Below, one piece after another: positions 52,587 to 61,667 of a DNA stretch of 64,000 nt. The translations under genes were made by a program, and so were the position numbers. This DNA is from Dehalococcoidia bacterium. GTDB taxonomy: Bacteria; Chloroflexota; Dehalococcoidia; Bin125. The stretch is from positions 70,695-134,694 of the forward strand of contig JAJEBU010000055.1 in assembly GCA_022822375.1 (NCBI GenBank). The letters run 5' to 3'. Under the pieces are notes generated by a model. It did no database searches and was not told the DNA's origin. It was given only the letters and a program-made list of their open reading frames with translations. How positions within the stretch are numbered: the first letter of the stretch is position 1; the number at the start of each line of letters is the position of its first letter.

Positions 52587-54069
52587 ACGACAGGTGCGTC
52601 ACACCGCGCAGACGGCGCAGACCCCGCAGACCGCGCAGACCGTGCAGACCGTCCTTGAAGCGCTGCCGGCCGAGGGCGTCTGGATCGTCGGCGGCACGAT
52701 CCGCGACGAGCTCGCTGGCATTGCGCTGGACGAGTTCGACATCGACGTTGCCGCGGTCAATGGCGAGTCCTGGGCGCGACGGGCAGCCGACGTCCTCGGC
52801 TCCAATCCGGTCCGGCTCACTGCGGCCTTCGACGTCTGGCGCATCCCGTTGAGCGGCGGACAGATCGACGTCTGGAACCTGCCCGATGGCGACATCGAGC
52901 GCGATCTGCGCCGCCGCGACTTCACGGTCAACGCGATGGCCGCGCCGCTCGATGCCTTCCGCAGCGGTGACGTCGAGAGTCGGTTGATTGATCCGGCCGG
53001 CGGACGCACAGATATCGAATCACGCCGGCTGCGGCTGATGTCGGACGAGGCGTTTCGGAGCGATCCCGTGCGGCTGCTCCGTGCGATCCGCTTTGAGGCT
53101 GAAGGCGGTTGGCGGCTCGCCGCACGGCTCCTATCGGCCATGATGCGCGACGCAGACCGCCTCTCAGAGTCAGCGCCTGAGCGGATCTGGATGGAACTGT
53201 CGCGCATCTTGCAGAGCGACCGTCTGCCCTGGTCGCTGCGTCGATTGGAGCACAGCCGTCTCCTGGAAGTCTTGTTCCCTGAGTTGACGGCCGGGCGGGG
53301 CGTCGACCAGCGGCCGGTTCATCGGCGCGATGTCTTTCGTCATCAGATGGACGCCGCGGCATGGATCGTCCGCCTGACCGATTCAGCGGCGCCGCGCAGT
53401 CGTCGAATGTCGTCTCTGTGGCGGGCGCTGCGAACGATCCGGTCCGACGCGGCGACTCAGGAGGCGCTGAGCGCCTGGAAGCTACCGTTGCGCCTGGCGA
53501 CGCTGCTGCATGACATTGGCAAGCCGCAGACTCGTATCGTCAGCGACGACGGGGCGACTCATTTCTACGGACATGCCGAGTTGGGCGCGGAGTTAGCTGA
53601 ACAGCGCCTCTCTGCACTCCGAGCGCCAAACAACACGATTGCGCAGGTGTCGCTGTTGATTCGACACCACTTGCGGCCCGGACAGATCAACGCTCCGGGC
53701 CAGCCGCCGACGAGCCGTGCGCTGCATCGATTTCACACGGCGTTGAGCGACGCCGCTTCGCCGTTGTGCTTCCTCTTCCTCGCCGACTCGCTCGCGACCG
53801 TCGGCGTCGAACCGCTGCTGCCTCGTTGGTCGGCGTACACGGAGCACGTGGCGCGTATCCTCAACTGGCAGCCAGCTTGGCGTTCGCCGAGCGCCGCCGC
53901 GAGGATCCTCGACGGACGCGGCATCATGTCGGCGGCGGAGATTCCGCCGGGACCACTCGTTGGTCGCATCCGTGCGAAGATCGACGAGGCGGCCGCAACC
54001 GGTGAGATTACGGACATTGAAGAGGCTCGCGCGATGGCCCGATCACTCGCCGCTGCGGCGCAGGAGTAG
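52558..54069 (+). CDS. cca: CCA-adding tRNA nucleotidyltransferase with HD domain (start uncertain)
   Basis: 503-aa ORF. GGTIRDEL...DIDV, RRDFTVNAMA, HD motif LLHDIGKP. The ATG at 52558 overlaps def by 29 nt. In-frame GTG at 52594 is an alternative start. Confidence 0.8.
   Translation: MTSTNQTDRRRQVRHTAQTAQTPQTAQTVQTVLEALPAEGVWIVGGTIRDELAGIALDEFDIDVAAVNGESWARRAADVLGSNPVRLTAAFDVWRIPLSGGQIDVWNLPDGDIERDLRRRDFTVNAMAAPLDAFRSGDVESRLIDPAGGRTDIESRRLRLMSDEAFRSDPVRLLRAIRFEAEGGWRLAARLLSAMMRDADRLSESAPERIWMELSRILQSDRLPWSLRRLEHSRLLEVLFPELTAGRGVDQRPVHRRDVFRHQMDAAAWIVRLTDSAAPRSRRMSSLWRALRTIRSDAATQEALSAWKLPLRLATLLHDIGKPQTRIVSDDGATHFYGHAELGAELAEQRLSALRAPNNTIAQVSLLIRHHLRPGQINAPGQPPTSRALHRFHTALSDAASPLCFLFLADSLATVGVEPLLPRWSAYTEHVARILNWQPAWRSPSAAARILDGRGIMSAAEIPPGPLVGRIRAKIDEAAATGEITDIEEARAMARSLAAAAQE
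52605..52649 (+). repeat. in-frame 9-nt tandem repeat (nnnGCAGAC x5) at the 5' end of cca
   Basis: CGCGCAGAC GGCGCAGAC CCCGCAGAC CGCGCAGAC CGTGCAGAC, encoding TAQTAQTPQTAQTVQT. Confidence 0.8.
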
Positions 54070-54075
54070 CAGCAC

Positions 54076-54372
54076 ATGACCGAAGTCATTCTGATCACGC
54101 TGCTCGTCGTGGCGCTCTTCTATCTCTTCTTCATCCGCCCCACCCGAACTGAGGAGCGTCGGCGGCAGCGAGACCTCAACGAGCTGCGCGTCGGCGACAC
54201 CGTGCTCACTCGGGGCGGACTGATCGCCGAAGTCGACGGCGTCGAGACGCCGGAGGAGGGTCCAATGATCGTCCTGCTGCGGCTCAGCGACGATGTCGTC
54301 GTGCGAGCGCGCACCGGCGCGGTTGAAGAGCGAATCTCGGTCGCGCCCGACTTCGAGGACGAGGATGAATGA
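54076..54372 (+). CDS. yajC: preprotein translocase subunit YajC
   Basis: 98-aa ORF. TM helix ILITLLVVALFYLFFIRP, then LRVGDTVLTRGGLIAEV. Confidence 0.85.
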   Translation: MTEVILITLLVVALFYLFFIRPTRTEERRRQRDLNELRVGDTVLTRGGLIAEVDGVETPEEGPMIVLLRLSDDVVVRARTGAVEERISVAPDFEDEDE

Positions 54373-54475
54373 GCGTTCCGTCACTTCCGCACAGACTGAA
54401 GCGGGAGGGCGGGATAGAGTGCGCAGAGCACGGACATAACAGAACTGTCCTACAGCGGAGCGGGCGGCCTCAGCG

Positions 54476-56200
54476 GTGATTGACTTTTTTCGGCGCTTCA
54501 AGTTCCGCGACGCCTACGTCTTCGCGTTGATCCTGATCCTCGCGGCGTTCGCGATTGCCGCGGCCTGGCCAGGCAACCCCGATCGCTACCTGCCCAGCTT
54601 CATCCCCTGGCCCGAGGGCGGCGGCGTCAGCGTCGGCGACTGGGAGCGGCACGAGTTCCGTCTCGGTCTCGACCTCGCCGGCGGCGTCTCGATCACGCTC
54701 GAAGTCTCCGGCGAAGCGGCGCCAGTTCGGCGCGGGGAGTCGCTCAACCAGTTCCTCGACCGCGAGGGAGTCCAGCTGGACGAGATCATCGACCTCAATC
54801 CGGCGATCGCCGAGCTCGACGCTGACCGTTACGACCTCCCGTTGCCCGAGGACATCGGCGAAATCACGCTCCCGCTCAACGTCGACGACGACGCACTTGC
54901 CGAGGCGGTGGACGAGTCGCGTCGCGTGATCGAGGAACGGGTCAACGGCTTTGGCATCTCGGAGGCCGAAGTCACCGTCGTCGGTGAAGATCGCATCAAC
55001 GCGCAGATCCCCGGTGTCGACGCGGACGAGGCCTCCGACCTGGTCGGCTCCACCGCCTTGCTCGAGTTCCGCTCCATCGACCAGGCCCAGCCGCAGCCAG
55101 AACGCACGCTCGACCGCCTCGAGATATCGGATGCCGTCGACGACATCTGGGATCCCCAGCTGCCGCGCAACGACGACCGGTTCGTGCGCCGCGTCCAGCC
55201 CTTCTTCATCCCGCCGGACAATGAGGATGTGATCGTCGCCCAGGGCGTCCGATGGCTGCCGGCGACGGGCATCAACTCCGACGGGGCGACCGTCCAGCTG
55301 ACCGGCCGTCATCTGATCGCCAACTCGATCTCCCGCACGCTCGATCAAGCGGGCGACCCGGCGCTGACGTTCGAGTTCGACGACGAAGGCGCGCGGCTGA
55401 TGGAGCAGATCACACGGCGCCTCTTCGAGAGCCGCGGGCTGCTCGGCATCTTCGTTGACGGCCAACTCATCTCCAGCCCCTCTGTCAACGCGGTGATCAC
55501 CGACTCCGGCATCATCAATGGCCTCTCGGAAGAAGACGCGATCACGTTGCGGCGGCAACTGCGCGCGGGCGCCCTGCCGATCAACCTGCGCGTCCTGCAG
55601 AGCTCCGAAGTCGCCGCCACGCTCGGCGAGGACTCCGTGATCGACACGGTCCAGGCTGGCGTCGTTGCCTTCCTGGCCATCGTCGTGTTCATGATCATCT
55701 ACTACCGAGTGCCTGGCCTCGTCGCGGCGTTGGCGCTCGTCGTCTACGCGGCCGGCGTCATGGCGACCTTCAAACTGGTCCCGATCACGCTGACCCTGGC
55801 TGGGGTCGCTGGACTCGTGCTGTCGATCGGCTTCGCCGTCGACGGCAACGTGCTGATCTTCGAGCGGCTCAAAGAAGAACTGCGGCTGGGCCGCAGTCTG
55901 ACGGGGGCGGTTGATACCGCTTGGGCGCGCGCCTGGCCTGCGATTCGCGACGGCAACGTCTCGACGATCATCACGGTCGCCATCCTGTGGCTGTTCGCTG
56001 ACGCGCTCAACCAGAACCTGATCAAGTCATTCGCGCTGGCCCTGTTGGTCGGCACGGGCTTCAGCTTCGTGACGGTCATCTTCGTCACCCGCAACTTCAT
56101 GACCATGGCCGTCAGCACCGGCTGGATTCGCGGATTGCAGCCGTTCGGCGTGCGTCAAATGACGGTGCGCCCCGGCCCAGACGGAGGCGCCAGCAGATGA
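54476..56200 (+). CDS. secD: protein translocase subunit SecD
   Basis: 574-aa ORF, GTG start. LGLDLAGG, RVNGFGISEAEV. C-terminal six-TM RND-like bundle. Confidence 0.9.
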   Translation: MIDFFRRFKFRDAYVFALILILAAFAIAAAWPGNPDRYLPSFIPWPEGGGVSVGDWERHEFRLGLDLAGGVSITLEVSGEAAPVRRGESLNQFLDREGVQLDEIIDLNPAIAELDADRYDLPLPEDIGEITLPLNVDDDALAEAVDESRRVIEERVNGFGISEAEVTVVGEDRINAQIPGVDADEASDLVGSTALLEFRSIDQAQPQPERTLDRLEISDAVDDIWDPQLPRNDDRFVRRVQPFFIPPDNEDVIVAQGVRWLPATGINSDGATVQLTGRHLIANSISRTLDQAGDPALTFEFDDEGARLMEQITRRLFESRGLLGIFVDGQLISSPSVNAVITDSGIINGLSEEDAITLRRQLRAGALPINLRVLQSSEVAATLGEDSVIDTVQAGVVAFLAIVVFMIIYYRVPGLVAALALVVYAAGVMATFKLVPITLTLAGVAGLVLSIGFAVDGNVLIFERLKEELRLGRSLTGAVDTAWARAWPAIRDGNVSTIITVAILWLFADALNQNLIKSFALALLVGTGFSFVTVIFVTRNFMTMAVSTGWIRGLQPFGVRQMTVRPGPDGGASR

Positions 56201-57408
56201 TCGATTTCGTTGGACGCCGCCGCTTCTATGCCGTCTTCTCGCTGCTGCTGATCGTCCCATCGCTGATCGGGCTCGCTCTCTGGCAGTTCGAAGCGGGCCT
56301 CGACTTCGCCGGCGGCCTCGAGACAGAGGTCCGCATCCTGGCCGACGCAGATCTCGAGGACGTGCAGTCGGCCGTGGCCGGGATCGAGGACGCCGAAGAC
56401 GCTCCGCTGGGCGCGACCGTCTCCGCCAGCGAGGGCGATGACGGTTCCTACGTGGTGACCGCCACGAGCCTGACCTCAAGCTCGGACGACCTGAACACAC
56501 TGTCAGCGCAGATCCAGACCGCGCTGGCCGCCAACTTGCCAACCGCCGAAGTCCTCAGCGACGAGACGGACGACGAGCGCTACCGACGCGAGTTCTGGTT
56601 CCCTGGCGACGCCACGCAGGACGATGTCCGCAATGCGCTGGAGACCATCGGACTGGGCGGTGCGCGCATCCAGGCGACGGACGGCTCGACGTTCCGCGTG
56701 CGGGTCGAACAACCTGCCGACGGTGACCTCGAGCGGCTGCGCCAGCGCATCAACGCTGCGCTGGAAACCGAAATCGGACCGATCGCCGTGTTGCAGAGCA
56801 CGTCAGTCTCAGGCACGCTGTCCGTCGAGATCGCGCGCGACGCCGGCATCGCCCTGGCTGTCGCCGCCGTCGCCATCTTGATCTACATCTCAATGGCGTT
56901 CCGACGCTTGCCCAATCCGGTTCTATACGGCTCGGCGGCGATCGTCGCGCTGTTGCACGACGTGACGATCGTTGCCGGTGCATTCGCGATTGGCGGACGG
57001 ATCGCCGGGCTGGAGGTCAATGCGATGTTCGTCACGGCGCTGTTGGCCATCATTGGTTACAGCGTCAACGACACGATCGTCGTGTTCGACCGCATCCGCG
57101 AAAACCTGTTGCTCGATCCGCGCGAAGACTTCCGACGAGTCGTCAACGCGGCGATCACCCAATCGCTCGGGCGTTCGCTCAACACCTCGATCACCGTCGT
57201 GCTGGCCTTGCTGGCGCTGCTGCTGATCGGCGGCGTCACGATTCGACCGTTCGTGATTGTGCTGTTCATCGGCACCGTTGCCGGCACGTACTCATCGATT
57301 GCCGTGGCGAGCCAGATTGTCTTCCTCTGGCAGGAGGGCACCCTGCCGCGGCTACTGAGGATTGGCGGAGAGCGGCAAGTGGTTCGACGCGTCGAGCGCG
57401 GCGCCTGA
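56197..57408 (+). CDS. secF: protein translocase subunit SecF
   Basis: 403-aa ORF, ATGA overlap with secD. GLDFAGG, GYSVNDTIVVFDRIREN. Confidence 0.9.
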   Translation: MIDFVGRRRFYAVFSLLLIVPSLIGLALWQFEAGLDFAGGLETEVRILADADLEDVQSAVAGIEDAEDAPLGATVSASEGDDGSYVVTATSLTSSSDDLNTLSAQIQTALAANLPTAEVLSDETDDERYRREFWFPGDATQDDVRNALETIGLGGARIQATDGSTFRVRVEQPADGDLERLRQRINAALETEIGPIAVLQSTSVSGTLSVEIARDAGIALAVAAVAILIYISMAFRRLPNPVLYGSAAIVALLHDVTIVAGAFAIGGRIAGLEVNAMFVTALLAIIGYSVNDTIVVFDRIRENLLLDPREDFRRVVNAAITQSLGRSLNTSITVVLALLALLLIGGVTIRPFVIVLFIGTVAGTYSSIAVASQIVFLWQEGTLPRLLRIGGERQVVRRVERGA

Positions 57409-57423
57409 CCGGATCACCCCCAA

Positions 57424-59292
57424 TCATCCCTTGCGCAAGACTCGCGCATCGCCGACCCGCCGCGTGACCCGCTGGGTGTCCAAGTGCTCCAGAAATGCCT
57501 GCGCGATCTTGCGGCTGGTGCCCAGTCGGTCACGGACGTCGGCGAGCGTGGCGCGATCCTGAGATTCGAGCAGGGCCATCGTGTTCGCGACCATCCGCTC
57601 GTAGTGCCCGCGATCCAGAGCGATGCCGCCCTTCAGCACCACGATCAGCTGGCGGGATTCCAGGTACTCGAGCAGCTCCGCGTCGATGCTGGAGTCGGTC
57701 TCGGGCCGCACGCCCTGTTGCTTGAGGCGTTCGAGCAGCGAGTCAACCTGTTGCTGCTGCGCTTCGGCAAGTGCAGCGGTGCGACCGGGCAGGTCGAACG
57801 CGCTGTCGTTGAGTACCAGCGCACCGGCGTCGAGCAATCGCTGTTGCAGGAAGGTGAAGGCGCGCTGCGGGAGTTTCAACCTGCTGCGCAGGTCCTCACG
57901 CGGCAGTCCAGCTCGAAGCGGGAACTGATTTACATAATGATCAACCGTCGCTTCGGCGCGGGACAGCAATGCGCCGAGTCCGCTGTCCGTGATCAGCGCC
58001 GCTGAGTCTGTCAGCCCGCCTTCGTCCATCACGACGATGACGCCGTCCGCAATCTGGCGTTCCACCGCAGCGGCCGCCTCATCCGCGGCCAGCTCGCTGC
58101 GTGACCGTAGCTCGTTCCAGGCCGCCGGTTCCATTCGTTGCAGCACCGTCAGCAGCGTGTCGTCGGGCGATCCATCCAGCAAGCGTTGCAGCGCCTGCAA
58201 TGTCGAAGCGTCGTTGCGATGGTGTCGGCGCGGCCGCGTATCGACGATCCGCCCGCCGGCGACCGTGGCGTCTCCCGACCGCAGGACGAAGTGGTCCCCG
58301 CGGGCCGCAGCGATCGGCCGATCAAGCCGCAGCTGGGCCCAGGTCGACGCGCCCGGCGGCAGCGCATCGCCCTCCAGCAGACGTACCCGCGCCTGCACCT
58401 CGTCTGCGCCGACGTGCAGCGTGCGCGTCGCGTTGTGCGGCAGCGGACGAGCCGCGCCGCTCACGGCGCGTAGTCGAATGTCCACCGCCGTCGTCGGTTC
58501 CAGCCAGCCCGGAGACGTCAGCACCATCCCGCGCTCAATGTCATTGGCCGAGACACCGCTCAGGTTGACAGCTGTGCGAGCGCCCGGAGGCGCGGTCTCC
58601 AACGACTGCTCATGGGACTGCAAGCCGCGCACTCGGCAGGCGATCCGTCCCGGCTCAATGACGACCGCATCGCCCACCTGCAGCGCCCCGTCCAAGAGCG
58701 TGCCGGTCACGACCGTGCCGAAGCCGGCGATTGAGAACGCGCGATCAATCGGCATGCGCGGATGCCCGTGGCTCGGAACCGGCGGCAGATCGTCGATCAA
58801 CGCGTCGATCTGCGTCTGCAGGGCGGTCATCCCGTCGCTGCGCAGGGCGGATACGGGCGCGATCGTCGAATCCGCGAGCGCGGTGCCCTGCAGCAGTTCG
58901 GCGATCTCCTCTTCGACCAGCGCCAGCCACTCCTCGTCCACCAGATCGATCTTGGTCAGCGCCACGAGGCCGCGCTCGATCTCCAACAAGTCCAGGATGT
59001 CGAGGTGCTCGCGCGTCTGGGGCATGACGCCTTCGTCCGCCGCGATGACGAGCAGCGCGAGATTGATGCCGCCCACGCCGGCCAGCATGTTCTTGATGAA
59101 GCGCTCATGACCGGGCACGTCGACGATGCTGACGTCGCGCCCTGAGGGCAGCTGGCACCACGCGAAGCCAAGGTCAATGGTCAGCCCACGCGCCTGTTCC
59201 TCCGCCCAGCGGTCGGGATCGATGCCCGACAATGCGCGCACGAGCGTGCTCTTGCCGTGGTCGACATGCCCAGCGGTGCCGATGACGTACAC
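57424..59292 (-). CDS. selB: selenocysteine-specific translation elongation factor SelB
   Basis: C-terminal 622 aa of track ORF 57424..60285. GTG at 59292 gives (M)[28 protein letters not shown]. Long winged-helix C-terminus. Confidence 0.85.
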   Translation of the reverse strand: MYVIGTAGHVDHGKSTLVRALSGIDPDRWAEEQARGLTIDLGFAWCQLPSGRDVSIVDVPGHERFIKNMLAGVGGINLALLVIAADEGVMPQTREHLDILDLLEIERGLVALTKIDLVDEEWLALVEEEIAELLQGTALADSTIAPVSALRSDGMTALQTQIDALIDDLPPVPSHGHPRMPIDRAFSIAGFGTVVTGTLLDGALQVGDAVVIEPGRIACRVRGLQSHEQSLETAPPGARTAVNLSGVSANDIERGMVLTSPGWLEPTTAVDIRLRAVSGAARPLPHNATRTLHVGADEVQARVRLLEGDALPPGASTWAQLRLDRPIAAARGDHFVLRSGDATVAGGRIVDTRPRRHHRNDASTLQALQRLLDGSPDDTLLTVLQRMEPAAWNELRSRSELAADEAAAAVERQIADGVIVVMDEGGLTDSAALITDSGLGALLSRAEATVDHYVNQFPLRAGLPREDLRSRLKLPQRAFTFLQQRLLDAGALVLNDSAFDLPGRTAALAEAQQQQVDSLLERLKQQGVRPETDSSIDAELLEYLESRQLIVVLKGGIALDRGHYERMVANTMALLESQDRATLADVRDRLGTSRKIAQAFLEHLDTQRVTRRVGDARVLRKG

Positions 59293-59319
59293 GGGTACCC
59301 TGCTCTCAGCTACGCATTG

Positions 59320-59333
59320 GCGCGCATGCGCGC
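59320..59333. promoter_or_regulatory. perfect 14-bp palindrome in the selB / qor divergent spacer (candidate operator)
   Basis: GCGCGCATGCGCGC equals its own reverse complement. It is centred in the 60-nt gap between the divergent starts at 59292 and 59353. Confidence 0.35.
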
Positions 59334-59352
59334 TGGATTGAGGATATGTGCG

Positions 59353-60360
59353 ATGAAAGCCATCGTCGTGGACCCGCCCGGCAGGAACGCGGACTCGCTG
59401 CGGCTGGACGACGTCCCTGACCCTCAGCCGTCGGACGAGGAAGTGCTCCTCCGAGTCCATGCGACGGCGTTGAACCGCGCCGACATCATGCAGCGGATGG
59501 GCAACTATCCGGCTCAACATGGCGCGTCGGAGATTCTCGGCCTGGAACTGGCCGGCGAGGTGATCGAGACCGGCTCGCGGGTGCGCGGGCTCTCCGTCGG
59601 CGACCGCGTCTACGGACTGTCGGGCGGCGGAGGCTACGCCGAAATGGCCACCCTGCACGAGTCGCTCGCCATGCCCATCCCCGACGACCTGACGTACCAC
59701 GAAGCCGCGTCGATCCCCGAAGTCTTCTTCACCGCGAACACCGCCGTGCGAACGCTCGGCGAGACGCAACCCGGAGAGCGGCTGCTGATCCACGCGGGCG
59801 GCAGCGGCGTCGGCATCGCCGCGATCCAGATCGGACGCTTGATCGGTGCGGAGGTCTGGATCACCGCTGGATCCGAGGAGAAGTGCGAGTGCGCCCGCCA
59901 GCTCGGCGCCGACCGCACCATCAACTACCGAGAACAGGATTTCGCAGAGGTGATCGCGGAAGAAACCGCCGGTGAGGGTGTCAATGTCATCCTCGACGTG
60001 ATCGGCCGCGACTACTGGGACGCCAACCTGCGTTCCTTGTCGCACGCTGGACGTCTCGTCGTCGTCGGGCTGATGGGCGGCGCCACGGCCGAAACCAATC
60101 TGGGCGTGCTGATGCAAAAGCGACTGCGCATCCATGGCACCGTGATGCGCGCCCGACCGCTGATCGACCGAGCCGAGATCACGCGCGACTACCAGCGCCA
60201 TCTCGAGCCGGCCATTGTCAATGGAGATATGAAGCCGGTGATCGACTCCGTCTTCCCGCTCAGCCAGGCCGCCGAGGCGCATCAATACATGGCGGAGAAC
60301 CGCAACTTCGGCAAGATTCTGCTCGACTGCATCGAGGTTGACGAGCTGTCGGAGGGCTAG
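59353..60360 (+). CDS. NAD(P)H:quinone oxidoreductase (zeta-crystallin/PIG3-type MDR)
   Basis: Track ORF trimmed to the ATG at 59353 (MKAIVVDPPG), preceded by GAGGA. ALNRADIMQRMGNYP, AGGSGVGIAAIQ. Confidence 0.85.
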   Translation: MKAIVVDPPGRNADSLRLDDVPDPQPSDEEVLLRVHATALNRADIMQRMGNYPAQHGASEILGLELAGEVIETGSRVRGLSVGDRVYGLSGGGGYAEMATLHESLAMPIPDDLTYHEAASIPEVFFTANTAVRTLGETQPGERLLIHAGGSGVGIAAIQIGRLIGAEVWITAGSEEKCECARQLGADRTINYREQDFAEVIAEETAGEGVNVILDVIGRDYWDANLRSLSHAGRLVVVGLMGGATAETNLGVLMQKRLRIHGTVMRARPLIDRAEITRDYQRHLEPAIVNGDMKPVIDSVFPLSQAAEAHQYMAENRNFGKILLDCIEVDELSEG

Positions 60361-61580
60361 TAAGCGTCTGGCGGCGGCTCAACTTCCAGCAGTCGGACGA
60401 ACACCTCGTTCGCCACGGCGTGCCCGCGTTTGCTCAAACTCAGGCGTCCTCGATGCTCCTGTGCGAGACCGTTGGCGACGGCCCAGTCGATGGTCGGCCG
60501 CAGACGCTCGGCCAGACTCGGCAGCGACGCCAGCTCGACACCTTCCATCAACCTGAGTCCGGAGGTCAGCGTGTCGATCAGGTGATCCCACTCAGAGACC
60601 CGCTCCGCCGCTTCAATCGCCGGCGACGGCAGATCAACGAGCAGCGGCTCAGCTTGCGCAGCGGCCACGCGATCGATGTACAGCCGCGGGCTGCGCACGA
60701 CCTGGTAGCGCACACCGTCGACGAATCCATGGGCGCCGGGTCCAATCGCCAGATACTCCTGGTTGCGCCAGTAGGTCAGATTGTGCAGACACTGGCGTCC
60801 GCGACGCGCGTAGTTGCTGGTCTCGTAGTGCTCGTAGCCGGCCTCAGACAGCCGCTGCGCGGTCCAGTCGGCGATGTCCGCGACGCGGTCTGGGTCGGCT
60901 TCGATCACGCGCCCGGCCGCCACCCGAGCCGCCAACGGCGTCCCCGCTTCGACGGTCAACGCATAGCAAGATAGGTGGTCGGGACCGCTGTCCTGCCTGT
61001 CCTGCCTGTCCTGCATGTCTTGCCTGTCACGCCAAGCGATGACTCGCTCCAGCGTGTCTTGCCAGGACTCCAGGGACTGTCCGGGCAGCCCGTAGATGAG
61101 ATCAACGTTGACGTTGTCGAAGCCCGCCCGTCGGGTGTCCGAGAAGGCGGCCTCGGCCCGATCGGCGGAGTGGATGCGGTCGAGGAAGACGAGCTCGGCG
61201 GCATGCAGCGATTGCACGCCCATCGAGACTCGGTTGACACCGGCTGCGCGGTACGCCTGTAGGCGTTCGAGCTGCACGCTCTCGGGGTTGGCCTCCAGCG
61301 TGACTTCGGCATCGCCTGCGATCCGCAGACGCGAGCGGGCGTGATAGAGCAGCCTCTGGATGGACTCGCCTTCCAACAGACTCGGCGTCCCGCCGCCGAT
61401 GAAGATGCTGGTGATCTCCCGCTCGACAACGCTCGGCGACCAGAGCGTGATCTCCCGCAACGCGGCCTCGAGCCACGCGGACTGCATGTCCTCGATGCCG
61501 GCATAGGAGTTGAAGTCGCAATAGGAACACTTAACGGTGCAGAACGGGACATGGACATAGAGACCGAGTGGTGCAGACAT
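60357..61580 (-). CDS. hemW: radical SAM heme chaperone HemW (HemN-like, oxygen-independent coproporphyrinogen oxidase family)
   Basis: Track ORF trimmed to the ATG at 61580 (MSAPLGLYVHVPFC). CTVKCSYCDF radical-SAM CxxxCxxC. GGGTPS. Confidence 0.85.
   Translation of the reverse strand: MSAPLGLYVHVPFCTVKCSYCDFNSYAGIEDMQSAWLEAALREITLWSPSVVEREITSIFIGGGTPSLLEGESIQRLLYHARSRLRIAGDAEVTLEANPESVQLERLQAYRAAGVNRVSMGVQSLHAAELVFLDRIHSADRAEAAFSDTRRAGFDNVNVDLIYGLPGQSLESWQDTLERVIAWRDRQDMQDRQDRQDSGPDHLSCYALTVEAGTPLAARVAAGRVIEADPDRVADIADWTAQRLSEAGYEHYETSNYARRGRQCLHNLTYWRNQEYLAIGPGAHGFVDGVRYQVVRSPRLYIDRVAAAQAEPLLVDLPSPAIEAAERVSEWDHLIDTLTSGLRLMEGVELASLPSLAERLRPTIDWAVANGLAQEHRGRLSLSKRGHAVANEVFVRLLEVEPPPDAY
60988..61032 (-). 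repeat. in-frame 9-nt tandem repeat inside hemW (about 5 units, 3 perfect)
   Basis: Plus strand: CTGTCCTGC x3, then ATGTCTTGC and CTGTCACGC. Encodes RDRQDMQDRQDRQDS on the minus strand. Confidence 0.8.
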
Positions 61581-61667
61581 GTTGCGAGTGTATGGACTAT
61601 GAGTGTCAGGACTGATTGCCCGCGCTGAGGCTTGGTGACACACTCGACAGACAAGCTGGGAGGCGAT

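Noticed and set aside
52605-52649. CRISPR-like array (also considered for 60988..61032)
   Set aside because: The units are 9 nt, contiguous without spacers, in frame within coding sequence, and no cas genes are present. These are simple tandem repeats.
59293-60285. N-terminal extension of the 953-aa minus-strand ORF containing selB
   Set aside because: It is antisense to the well-supported quinone oxidoreductase gene. SelB homology (the GTPase G1 motif) starts immediately after the GTG at 59292, which gives a normal ~620-aa SelB.
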